The translations under genes were made by a program, and so were the position numbers. Positions 50,001 to 58,031 of a stretch of DNA of 64,000 bases are shown piece by piece. Origin of the DNA: an uncultured Bacteroidota bacterium (lineage in GTDB: Bacteria; Bacteroidota; Bacteroidia; UKL13-3); the NCBI GenBank assembly GCA_903850915.1, contig CAINMV010000024.1, positions 87,577 to 151,576 on the forward strand. Direction: 5' to 3'. Positions within the stretch are counted from its first letter, which is position 1; every line of letters begins with the position of its first letter. The notes beneath the pieces are model-generated. The model had not been told where the DNA came from. It did not search any database and was given only the letters and a program-made list of their open reading frames with translations.

Positions 50001-50234
50001 CCATACATGTTGTGATGAATCTACGTTACTCGCGAACATAGAGAAGATGCGACCTAAGAGAACAAACAAAGGGGCTCCGGGCGGGTGGGCTACCTGCAAA
50101 CGATAAGCGCAGGAAGAGAACTCACCGCAATCCCAAAAGCTACCAGACTTCTCCAACGTCATTCCGAAGGTGTACATACCAACGAGAAAGGTGATCCATC
50201 CTAAAATTGTGTTAACTGAATTAAAACGTTTCAT
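47025..50234 (-). CDS. DUF2723-family GT-C fold glycosyltransferase (TMEM260-like) with a large C-terminal non-membrane domain
   Basis: 1069 aa. The N-terminal signature is SFWDCGEF...VAHPPGAPLF. About 12 or more TM helices occupy the first roughly 650 aa, followed by a soluble C-terminal region with TPR-like helices. Confidence 0.7.
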   Translation of the reverse strand: MKRFNSVNTILGWITFLVGMYTFGMTLEKSGSFWDCGEFSSCAYRLQVAHPPGAPLFVLLGRIFSMFASNVDSSQHVWNATTAINMLSGVASAFNVMFVFWIITHLARKVIKPEQNGEYSNGNLIAIMGAGLVGALAMCWSDTFWFSAVEAEVYASSSFFTFLVFWAILKWENVAEEKGADRWIILIGYFTGLAIGVHLLNLLVIPSLVLVYYYRKYNFTTIGLIKAVGIALALLGFVNFILIPWLPMLAAKTDGAFVNYFGMPFGSGVVVFALALITLITGGILYSINGKEKYKFMVWGSAAVLLLFAIIFGSSPKMIFVLIFVFGLIGVAFYFLNKTDRALMNTLILTFAFLIIGYGSYVQTIVRANANPPINMNAPADVWSFLGYINRDQYGETPLFYGPYYYAEPSGQNEGEMQYRIDRESKEYKEVGPKFSYKYDDKDCTILPRMHSSRADHVNAYKEWEGIKQGKKPGFVENVHFLVSYQIGFMWWRYFAWNFIGRQSEEQGNGEVTNGNWITGIAAFDSWNKDIKPGAPASLTNNKGHNVYYALPFLLGILGLMWHYKNNKKDTLVVGLLFFFTGIAIVLFLNFPPLQPRERDYAYVGSIQTFCIWIGFGILFLYDLLKKYANAAIVASGVTALGFVVAPVNMVRQNWDDHDRSNRTISADYARCYLNSCDPNAILFTNGDNDTYPLWYAQNIEGVRPDIRIINLSLLNTDWYTDVLKRKVYDSEPIKMTLKPNQYVQGVRDQVFYYQNNKLPDYVDLTTLMDFVCDDQNVVSMQGGGDAYSYYPTNKLSVKVDKEACRKNNVVQPEDDSLMVDSIKWDMPKDRYILKNDLVTLDIIANNLNSRPIYWAITTGSEPYLGLQPYFQLDGFTYKLVPIKNPEVGENKQAGRINVKKLDNNVMNNFRFGGLNHPGVYVDQTSMRQTYNFRNVFARLSAEWVKAGDKKRAVEVLDKCMAELPIENVPMNYYFLQIVEAYYAAGDNEKAKFWNDKLLLQCSEELRYYKKYASSGKTFRAVKQDASLDYQAYRISQNMAEQNGQMDYAKKIEKDAAEFQDMVQYFYER

Positions 50235-50277
50235 TATAATAAAAAAGGTATTGAAAATGAATTACTCTGTAAGCTTG

Positions 50278-50285
50278 CAAACCTA
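50278..50285 (-). promoter_or_regulatory. Candidate -7 box (TAGGTTTG) for the DUF2723 gene
   Basis: Exact TAnnTTTG on the minus strand, 43 nt upstream of the ATG at 50234. Confidence 0.4.
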
Positions 50286-50355
50286 CATTATTTATACTAA
50301 AAAACGAAACCCATAAAAAATGACATTCGCGATGAAAAACGGGCCTTAACCGATT

Positions 50356-51591
50356 TTACTCCTCCAAGTCTTCGAAACCATAATTTTTAATTTTCCGATA
50401 CAATGTGCGTTCGCTTATCCCAAGCTCTTTGGCTGCCCGATTACGTCGCCCTTTATGTTTGAGTAATGCCCGACGAATAATCTCCTTCTCTTGTACTTCT
50501 AAACTCAACTTTGCTTCTTCTTTTGGTGTTTCATCGATATGAATAATAGTTTCATTTTTGGTGTTATTCCTAATGAAGTTATTGCTAAAATTACCTCCTG
50601 TTTGCGGGTAATTACTTACCTCATTGGTAGCGAAACTTTTATTGGGGGAATACATTTCAGGTGATAAATTCCCTTGAAGCATGCTTGACACTACATTTTT
50701 GAGCTCATGCAAATCATTTTTCACATCAAACAATATCTTATAAAAGATATCCCTTTCGCTCATCGTCGATTCCGAATGCGACGCCCCAGAAGTTGTTACT
50801 GGTAAATAGTTTTCTTGAGGTAGGTATTTACGCATTACATCGGCACTGATTTCTCGATTTGTTTCGAGAACACTCATTTGCTCAACAATATTTTTAAGTT
50901 GTCGTACATTACCCTCCCACTTGCAATTTTGAAGTACTTGAATTGCCTCAGGATCGAGTGACAACGGTTCATTTTTATACTTCTCCGAAAACATCATTGC
51001 AAATTTGCGAAACAACAGATGTATATCGCTACCCCGCTCTCGAAGCGCCGGAACCCGAATTGGGACCGTGCTTAAACGGTAGAATAAGTCTTCTCTAAAT
51101 CTTCCTTTGCTCGCCTGCACATACAAATCTTTGTTTGTTGCTGCTACCACCCGAACATCAGTGTGCAATGGCTTACTGCTTCCAACCTTAATAAATTCGC
51201 CACTTTCGAGGATACGAAGCAATCGTGCTTGCGTGTCAGCTGGCAATTCACCAATTTCATCTAAAAAAATGGTACCGCCACTCACCGTCTCAAAATAACC
51301 CTTTCGAGCTTCACTTGCTCCTGTAAAAGAGCCCTTTTCATGCCCAAAAAGCTCACTGTTTATAGTACCTTCGGGCAACGCCCCGCAATTGATAGCGATA
51401 AACGGTCCGTGTTTACGACCACTCAATTGATGTATAATTTTAGAAAAAGACTCCTTCCCTACCCCGCTTTCCCCTTGAATAAGAACTGTCATTTCTGTTG
51501 GAGAAACCTTCATGGCCGTTTCAATTGCCAAATTTAATAGCGGAGAATTGCCAACAATGTCAAACCTGTTTTTTACCTCTTGAAGTGTCAT
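50356..51591 (-). CDS. Sigma-54-dependent transcriptional activator (AAA+ domain + Fis-type HTH) lacking an N-terminal sensory/receiver domain
   Basis: 411 aa. The AAA+ domain begins within about 10 residues of the N-terminus. It has Walker A GESGVGKE, Walker B FLDEIGEL, a GSFTGA loop in place of GAFTGA, and a C-terminal HTH (NRAAKELGISERTLYRKIK). Confidence 0.8.
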   Translation of the reverse strand: MTLQEVKNRFDIVGNSPLLNLAIETAMKVSPTEMTVLIQGESGVGKESFSKIIHQLSGRKHGPFIAINCGALPEGTINSELFGHEKGSFTGASEARKGYFETVSGGTIFLDEIGELPADTQARLLRILESGEFIKVGSSKPLHTDVRVVAATNKDLYVQASKGRFREDLFYRLSTVPIRVPALRERGSDIHLLFRKFAMMFSEKYKNEPLSLDPEAIQVLQNCKWEGNVRQLKNIVEQMSVLETNREISADVMRKYLPQENYLPVTTSGASHSESTMSERDIFYKILFDVKNDLHELKNVVSSMLQGNLSPEMYSPNKSFATNEVSNYPQTGGNFSNNFIRNNTKNETIIHIDETPKEEAKLSLEVQEKEIIRRALLKHKGRRNRAAKELGISERTLYRKIKNYGFEDLEE

Positions 51592-51651
51592 GATGTTAAT
51601 CTGTTGTTAAAATTCTAATTGCTTTTACCCTAAATCAATGTTTTGTAAATT

Positions 51652-52566
51652 TTATTTGAGTCCCGTCTTTTTAAATACCATTAATTTATAGCGCTTGTTT
51701 TGTGCAAATACCTCCGGATTTACTGTCAATAAATTCTTTTCAATTTTGTGTTTAACCTCTGGCAATGCGTCTTGCAGTGCATAATAAAAGCCTGGTGCTT
51801 TTACCTGCAATTTTTCAACAGCGAAATTGTAAAGTGGCATTCCTATGGTATTGCCCCACAAATACACATAAGCTATTGTAGGTAAGATGTTTGGAGTAAT
51901 GTCTTGCTCAAATTCCAGCTCCCATCCAAATACTTTTAACTTCTCTAAAAAAACTTCCCAATAGTGTCCTGATTTTTCAGCTTTATCACCAACTCGAAAA
52001 TAATCACAAGCGACCCATTGTGCATTGGGTGTACTAACTTCATTTAACAACGGAAGCGCTAAGTCAAGTTTTAAATATTGTAACGATTCAGAAGTAATTA
52101 GTGTATCGAATTTGCCTTTGTACTTTGCACCCTCCAAATCTTCAAATTTGCAATGCAATAAAGGAATATGCGGGTATTTTTGGGAGATATAATGAACTTG
52201 TGTATTGTCGGGTGTTAAGGCAGTTGGAGCATACCCTTTGCTTTCTAGAAGAGGCAGTAAACCGCCCATACCGCAACCAATATCGAGCACGGCTTTGCCA
52301 TTTCCATTTAACTTTTCTACAAGTAATTCTGCATATCGCAATTGTGCATTATAAATTTGATTTAAAGAAATATCCTCCGCCTTAATCGTTGGGTCATCAA
52401 AAAAACCATAATGTAAAAAGTCACCTTTTAATATTTGCGAATACAGTTTTAATTGAGCATCGTCGCGGGTGCGATCGATTTTTTTGCGGTTTCGTTGCAA
52501 CGAGACAATACGAAATAATGACGCTGGATTAATAAACCGTTTTGCAATTTTTGATACTATACCCAT
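51652..52566 (-). CDS. Class I SAM-dependent methyltransferase, substrate unknown
   Basis: 304 aa. Contains LHYGFF upstream of the SAM-binding motif I VLDIGCGMGG. The extended C-terminal region is of unknown function. Confidence 0.65.
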   Translation of the reverse strand: MGIVSKIAKRFINPASLFRIVSLQRNRKKIDRTRDDAQLKLYSQILKGDFLHYGFFDDPTIKAEDISLNQIYNAQLRYAELLVEKLNGNGKAVLDIGCGMGGLLPLLESKGYAPTALTPDNTQVHYISQKYPHIPLLHCKFEDLEGAKYKGKFDTLITSESLQYLKLDLALPLLNEVSTPNAQWVACDYFRVGDKAEKSGHYWEVFLEKLKVFGWELEFEQDITPNILPTIAYVYLWGNTIGMPLYNFAVEKLQVKAPGFYYALQDALPEVKHKIEKNLLTVNPEVFAQNKRYKLMVFKKTGLK

Positions 52567-52591
52567 TTTGTTTTACTTATTGCTTTTTGTG

Positions 52592-54109
52592 TTACGAAAC
52601 TATTTCACCGATGAGGCTGGTTTGTGTGCCTCGATTAATTCTAACTTGAACATAATCGCCTACCTTCCAATTTTCTTTCTTAGGAAATACACACACTATA
52701 TTTTCGTCGTTACGACCTTTAAAATCATCCCCAGAACGCTTTGATTCACCATCTATAAGGACCTTAAATATTTTCCCCACGCGCGCTTGGTTTTTTTCTA
52801 AACTAATTTTACTTTGTTGCATGATAATTTCACTTAGCCTGCGCTTTTTCACGTCTTCAGGAACGTCATCTTTGTATTGTCGAGCAGCCAATGTTCCAGG
52901 GCGTTCGCTATAAAAATACATGTAAGCAAAATCAAACTGCGCCCAGTTCATAAGCTGCATGCTTTCCTTATGGTCGTCTTCCGTTTCGGTGCAAAATCCT
53001 GAAATAATATCTGTGGTAATACCACATTCTGGAATGATTTCGCGAATACGCATTACCTTTTTCTCATACCATTCTCTATCGTAGGTGCGGTTCATCAAAT
53101 CCAATACTCTGCTACTTCCGCTTTGAATTGGCAAGTGAATATAGTTGCAAATATTTTCGTATTTAGTAATCATAAAAAGCACATCATCGGTAATATCTTT
53201 AGGATGGGAAGAGCTAAATCGTATTCTACAATTAGGCACTGCCTTAGCCACCATCTCCAATAAATTCGCAAACGAAATAATTACCTCTTCGGTATCTGTA
53301 ACTTCAATTGGTGTTTCGTCCTGTGCCGATTGTTTATCAATTTCAGCACTTAACGCTTTAATTAAGTTTATTGTCTCTTCGCTTTTGGTTTTACTATTGA
53401 AGATTCCTTGGCGCTCTAGCCGCTCAATGCTTTTTTTGGTGTTGGTAATGTTGCTCCATTTATAGCTATCTACATTTTGGCCCAGAAGCGTAATTTCACG
53501 ATATCCCTTCTGCTCTAACTGCAAACACTCTCGAACAATACTAAACGGGTCGCGGCTCCGCTCCCTGCCTCGAGTAAATGGAACTACACAAAAGGCGCAC
53601 ATATTATCACAACCACGCATAATACTTACAAATGAAGAAATTCCATTCTCGTCGAGACGAACAGGAGCAATTTCAGCGTAGGTCTCTTCCATGCTTAAAA
53701 TCGTATTCATGGCCCGCTGTCCGTCATCTACATTATTTAATAACTTTGGAATGTCACGGTAGGCATCAGGACCAACGATAAGATCCACCATTTGCTCGCG
53801 ATCCATCAAATCTTTCTTTAGCCGTTCGGCCATACAGCCCAAAACACCGACCACCAATGCTGGTTTGCGTTTTTTCTCGTTGTGTTTAATTTGATGTAAG
53901 CGATTCCAAATCGTTTGCTCTGCATTATCTCGGACGGCGCATGTATTTAAAAATACCGCATCAGCTTCATTAATATCTTTGGTGGTGGTATAACCTTCAC
54001 CTGCCATGATGGAAGCCACCACTTCGCTATCCGCAAAATTCATTGCACAGCCATAACTTTCGAGGTAGAGCTTACGTTTTGTAATATCAGGGGTGGTTTC
54101 TGGATTCAT
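52592..54109 (-). CDS. miaB: tRNA-2-methylthio-N6-dimethylallyladenosine synthase (radical SAM methylthiotransferase)
   Basis: 505 aa. UPF0004 N-domain ([10 protein letters not shown]...LNTCAVR), radical SAM CxxxCxxC (GCDNMCAFC), and a C-terminal TRAM domain. It carries an extra charged insertion (see findings). Confidence 0.9.
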   Translation of the reverse strand: MNPETTPDITKRKLYLESYGCAMNFADSEVVASIMAGEGYTTTKDINEADAVFLNTCAVRDNAEQTIWNRLHQIKHNEKKRKPALVVGVLGCMAERLKKDLMDREQMVDLIVGPDAYRDIPKLLNNVDDGQRAMNTILSMEETYAEIAPVRLDENGISSFVSIMRGCDNMCAFCVVPFTRGRERSRDPFSIVRECLQLEQKGYREITLLGQNVDSYKWSNITNTKKSIERLERQGIFNSKTKSEETINLIKALSAEIDKQSAQDETPIEVTDTEEVIISFANLLEMVAKAVPNCRIRFSSSHPKDITDDVLFMITKYENICNYIHLPIQSGSSRVLDLMNRTYDREWYEKKVMRIREIIPECGITTDIISGFCTETEDDHKESMQLMNWAQFDFAYMYFYSERPGTLAARQYKDDVPEDVKKRRLSEIIMQQSKISLEKNQARVGKIFKVLIDGESKRSGDDFKGRNDENIVCVFPKKENWKVGDYVQVRINRGTQTSLIGEIVS

Positions 54110-54119
54110 AAAAGGGCGG

Positions 54120-54127
54120 CAAATTTA
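54120..54127 (-). promoter_or_regulatory. Candidate -7 box (TAAATTTG) for miaB, 10 nt from the ATG
   Basis: Exact TAnnTTTG on the minus strand. Confidence 0.4.
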
Positions 54128-54179
54128 CGAAATAACACTGACAAGGTGGCAGAAATAATTTTTTAATTCAATTGGGTTG

Positions 54180-54187
54180 TACCTTTG
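54180..54187 (+). promoter_or_regulatory. Candidate -7 box (TACCTTTG) 4 nt upstream of an in-frame GTG of the LuxE-like gene
   Basis: Exact TAnnTTTG. It lies inside the 5' end of the track ORF (TTG at 54177), which argues for the GTG at 54192 as the real start. Confidence 0.35.
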
Positions 54188-54191
54188 CGCT

Positions 54192-55178
54192 GTGAGTTTT
54201 GAAACCGACTTTTTTACGGCGTTAAAGGAGCCCAACATTAACTTTGAGGAGATGGCCTTGACGTTATTTCGTTTTCAGGCAGAGCATGTCCCCGTATATC
54301 GTCAGTTTCTTGAGTTGCTACATTGTTCTCCAAAAATGGTGACGCAACTAGATCAAATCCCCTTTCTTCCGGTATCATTCTTTAAATCACATCAAATACG
54401 AAATGCTGCTAACACCAGCACCTTTTATTTTACCAGCAGCAGTACAGGTGGAATTCCTTCACAGCATTTTGTACCTGAAATTAAAATTTATGAATGGAGT
54501 TTTAATGCGACTTTTAATCATTTTTATGGGCCTCATACAGAGCTTTGCATCTTAGGATTGCTGCCGAGTTACCTTGAGCGGACAGGCTCATCTTTAGTTT
54601 ATATGGTAAGCCAGATGATTCAGGAAAGTAAATATCCGAAAAGTAATTTTTTTCTTACTGATTTTAAAGCCTTGCATCAACAACTTATTGAAAATGAGAG
54701 ACAGCGGATTCCAACGTTACTAATTGGCGTAACTTATGCTTTACTGGATTTTGCGAATCAATTTCCCGTGCCCCTTTCTTCCACTATGGTGATGGAAACA
54801 GGCGGCATGAAAGGCCGTCGCCAAGAAATGCAACGATCCGAGATTCATTCAGTGTTAAAACAACAATTCGAACTTGCTAACATCCATTCTGAATACGGAA
54901 TGACGGAGCTTCTAACGCAAGCCTATAGCAAAGGAAATGGAATTTTCGAGGTGCCAAATTGGATGCGTGTTTTTGCCGCAGACCTTAACGATGCAAGAAC
55001 ACTTTTAGCAAAGGATAAATCGGGCAGTTTAAATGTTATTGACCTAGCGAACATACATTCGTGCGCTTTTATTGCTACTGATGATTTAGGCATTGTGCAC
55101 CAAAACAACACCTTTGAAATTTTGGGTAGAAAGGATTTTAGCGATATTCGTGGGTGTGGATTAATGTATATCCCATAA
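54192..55178 (+). CDS. LuxE-family acyl-protein synthetase / adenylate-forming 'acyl transferase' homologue
   Basis: About 328 aa. The N-terminus FEEMALTLFRFQAEHVPVYRQF and the central METGGMKGRR and SEYGMTEL motifs match the LuxE/F390-synthetase-like family. The start is uncertain (TTG 54177 versus GTG 54192). Confidence 0.6.
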   Translation: MSFETDFFTALKEPNINFEEMALTLFRFQAEHVPVYRQFLELLHCSPKMVTQLDQIPFLPVSFFKSHQIRNAANTSTFYFTSSSTGGIPSQHFVPEIKIYEWSFNATFNHFYGPHTELCILGLLPSYLERTGSSLVYMVSQMIQESKYPKSNFFLTDFKALHQQLIENERQRIPTLLIGVTYALLDFANQFPVPLSSTMVMETGGMKGRRQEMQRSEIHSVLKQQFELANIHSEYGMTELLTQAYSKGNGIFEVPNWMRVFAADLNDARTLLAKDKSGSLNVIDLANIHSCAFIATDDLGIVHQNNTFEILGRKDFSDIRGCGLMYIP

Positions 55179-55237
55179 TTCTATTTTATCTAAAATATCG
55201 CTAATTAATAGGCCAATTCCAAACCCAATATAAAATG

Positions 55238-55245
55238 TATTTTTG
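55238..55245 (+). promoter_or_regulatory. Candidate -7 box (TATTTTTG) for the ABC exporter gene
   Basis: Exact TAnnTTTG 20 nt upstream of the TTG start at 55266. Confidence 0.4.
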
Positions 55246-55265
55246 CAATTCAACCGGATACAACT

Positions 55266-57074
55266 TTGAAAGATTTAAAGAAACTATTTCAATTAATACT
55301 TCCCTACAAGAAGTTCGCAGTTGGTAATATTGTTTTCAACTTTTTAGGAACGATATTCAGCGTTGTTTCCATTGCATTACTTATACCTTTTTTGGATATT
55401 TTATTTGACAAGACCAAGGAGGTGAATACATTGCCAACATTTAGCTTATCGTTGCAAACGATACTAAGTTTTTTTAAATACTATCTTACTCAAATAAAAC
55501 TAGAATATGGTGCGCAAGTGGCTATTCTTTATGTTGGAATATTTATTTTGGTAGCCATTTTAATGAAGAACTTTTTCACCTATGGTGCGTTGTATATTAT
55601 CACGCCCTTGCGTCAGTATATTATTCGCGATTACCGTAATAAATTTTATGATAAGTTGCTCCGTTTACCCGTTTCCTATTTTAATACAGAGCGCAAAGGA
55701 GATTTGATTTCGCGCTTCACCAACGATATCACACAAGTTGAATGGAGTGTTTTAATGGCATTAGAGTCGATTTTTAAAGAACCTGTAACGGTGCTTACTT
55801 TTTTAACTTCATTATTCATTGTAAACACCAAGCTAACCTTAATAGTTTTTTTAGTGCTTCCTTTAGCAGGAATGATTATTGCCGGCATTGGCAAAGTGTT
55901 ACGACGCGAATCAAAAATCCGTCAAAGTATGCTAGGCAATATTATTACGCAACTTGAAGAGTCAATTGGTGGAATGCGAATTATAAAAGCATTTAATAAC
56001 GAAGGCGCCATGCGAGCTCGTATGGTTGATCACAATAATAATTTAACTATCATAAGTATAAAAAATAACCGACTCCACGATGCTTCTTCGCCATTAAGTG
56101 AGGTATTTGGAGTAACCGCGGTGGTGATTCTTTTGTTCTTTGGCGGACGTATGGTGTTGAGTCAGCAAATGGAAGCCAGTGCTTTTATTTTCTACTTGGG
56201 TATGTTCTCGCAAGTAATTTCGCCGGCTAAAGCGCTCAGTAATGCGAACAATCTAGTTAAGCGTGGAAGTGCTAGCCTCGACCGAATCGAGGAGATTTTA
56301 AATGCAGAAGAGTCCATTACAAACAAAAGCAATCCCATCGTTTTAAAAGAATTTAAAAAAGAAATTGAATTCCGTAATGTTAGTTTTAAATATAAAGATG
56401 AGTATGTATTACGTAACATTAATTTAAAAATTGAGAAGGGCAAAACCATTGCTTTGGTTGGGCCATCTGGCAGCGGAAAATCCACGTTGGCGGATTTAAT
56501 TCCCCGGTTTTACGATGTAACGGAAGGGGAAGTGTTAATTGATGGCGTTAATGTTAAAGACTATGAGATGCATAGCATGCGAAGTCTCATGGGCATTGTA
56601 ACCCAAGAGAGCCTATTGTTTAACGACAGTATAGCGAATAATATTGCTTTTGGCATGCCCGACAAATCAGAACAAGAAATAATAAAAGCGGCTAGTGTTG
56701 CCAATGCATTAGAATTTATTGAACAAGCTGATACTGGTTTCGAAACAAATATTGGTGAGCGTGGAAGCAAATTAAGTGGCGGGCAACGCCAAAGATTAAG
56801 TATTGCTCGCGCGGTTTTAAAGAACCCCGACATCCTTATTTTAGATGAAGCTACGAGCGCACTCGACACAAGCAGCGAACGTCTTGTTCAAGATGCTTTA
56901 GACAACCTCATGCATTTAAGAACGAGTATCGTTATAGCACACCGACTTACCACCATACAAAATGCAGATATTATTATTGTATTAAGTAATGGTGAAATCA
57001 AACAACATGGTACTCATGCCGAATTATTAGCATCACCTGGAATCTATCGAGAGCTTTATTTGATGCAAGGATAG
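55266..57074 (+). CDS. ABC exporter, fused permease/ATPase (MsbA-like lipid/multidrug type)
   Basis: 602 aa. Six-TM domain, then an NBD with Walker A GPSGSGKST, signature LSGGQRQR, and Walker B ILILDEATSALD. TTG start. Confidence 0.85.
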   Translation: MKDLKKLFQLILPYKKFAVGNIVFNFLGTIFSVVSIALLIPFLDILFDKTKEVNTLPTFSLSLQTILSFFKYYLTQIKLEYGAQVAILYVGIFILVAILMKNFFTYGALYIITPLRQYIIRDYRNKFYDKLLRLPVSYFNTERKGDLISRFTNDITQVEWSVLMALESIFKEPVTVLTFLTSLFIVNTKLTLIVFLVLPLAGMIIAGIGKVLRRESKIRQSMLGNIITQLEESIGGMRIIKAFNNEGAMRARMVDHNNNLTIISIKNNRLHDASSPLSEVFGVTAVVILLFFGGRMVLSQQMEASAFIFYLGMFSQVISPAKALSNANNLVKRGSASLDRIEEILNAEESITNKSNPIVLKEFKKEIEFRNVSFKYKDEYVLRNINLKIEKGKTIALVGPSGSGKSTLADLIPRFYDVTEGEVLIDGVNVKDYEMHSMRSLMGIVTQESLLFNDSIANNIAFGMPDKSEQEIIKAASVANALEFIEQADTGFETNIGERGSKLSGGQRQRLSIARAVLKNPDILILDEATSALDTSSERLVQDALDNLMHLRTSIVIAHRLTTIQNADIIIVLSNGEIKQHGTHAELLASPGIYRELYLMQG

Positions 57075-57117
57075 GTAACCTCCACCATCGTAATTTAAAT
57101 TATTTGGATTTCCGCTT

Positions 57118-57894
57118 TTACGAACCCATCGCTTCGAGCTGCAAGTGTTCCGAGAATTCCTTGCCCAAATATCCATCAACCCACTTATGCACCAAGTATA
57201 ATAGAGGTGTTACCAACAACGCTATAATAAATTTATAAAGGTAGCTAACCATTGCAGTAACAATAAACTGTTGGCCTGTCATTTTACCCGGCAAATAGAA
57301 GGCAATCCCTAAAACAACAAACGTATCAATAAATTGCGAAACTACTGTAGATCCTGTACTTCTAAGCCACATCATGCGATGTCCAGTTCTTTTTTTGATA
57401 GCGTGAAAAAGAAAAACATCCACAAGCTGTCCAATTATAAATGCAGTGATGGACGCGATGATAATTAGCAATCCCTGTCCAAAGACAGCATTGTAGGCTT
57501 TGTCCATATTAATTTCCTCCCCATTACTCGACTGCATAATCCACCAATCAGCAGGTGTTGTTTTCATCGCAGCAAATACGCCTAGAAAAGCATAAGCAAT
57601 TAAAATTGCACCGAGGTAGGAAAAGAAACGTACTCCTTTTTGTCCAAAATATTCATTGATGATATCTGTCATTAAAAATACGGCTGGCCAAAGTAATACC
57701 CCACAGGTCATATTTAGGTTTTGATGGTCGAGACCAAAAATAGTAAGATTCATGGAGGAGAACCCTAGGGTATTCTCAACAGAAAATATTTTCGCACCAA
57801 TAAATTCTGCTACGATGGCATTGGCGATAAAAAAAGCGCCAAGCACTAGAAAAAGTTTTTGTTTTTTGTTTTGTTGTTCTGTGGTAAGTTGCAT
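57118..57894 (-). CDS. yhhQ: Queuosine-precursor transporter (YhhQ / VUT family, DUF165)
   Basis: 258 aa polytopic protein. Contains FLMTDIINEYFG and STVVSQFIDTFVV, characteristic of the family. Confidence 0.7.
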   Translation of the reverse strand: MQLTTEQQNKKQKLFLVLGAFFIANAIVAEFIGAKIFSVENTLGFSSMNLTIFGLDHQNLNMTCGVLLWPAVFLMTDIINEYFGQKGVRFFSYLGAILIAYAFLGVFAAMKTTPADWWIMQSSNGEEINMDKAYNAVFGQGLLIIIASITAFIIGQLVDVFLFHAIKKRTGHRMMWLRSTGSTVVSQFIDTFVVLGIAFYLPGKMTGQQFIVTAMVSYLYKFIIALLVTPLLYLVHKWVDGYLGKEFSEHLQLEAMGS

Positions 57895-57940
57895 TGCTGT
57901 TAAGCTTAGTTAATTGAGCAAAGATGTAACTTTTTAACTT

Positions 57941-57981
57941 AAAAAAAAACTGCAGTGGTCTGAAACAATCCAACCACTGCA
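57941..57981 (-). terminator. Rho-independent terminator after typA
   Basis: On the minus strand there is a 9-bp stem TGCAGTGGT/ACCACTGCA with a 13-nt loop, followed by U9. It lies about 50 nt downstream of the typA stop. Confidence 0.8.
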
Positions 57982-58031
57982 ATTTAAAAGAAGCGCGCTT
58001 TCACAAATCCCGAATGTAATTAATATTATAA

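Noticed and set aside
57895-58031. Possible preQ1 riboswitch in front of the queuosine-precursor transporter (yhhQ).
   Set aside because: The only strong structure there is a 9-bp hairpin followed by U9 on the minus strand, placed right after typA. That is a terminator, and no preQ1-type pseudoknot/A-tail pattern was recognised.
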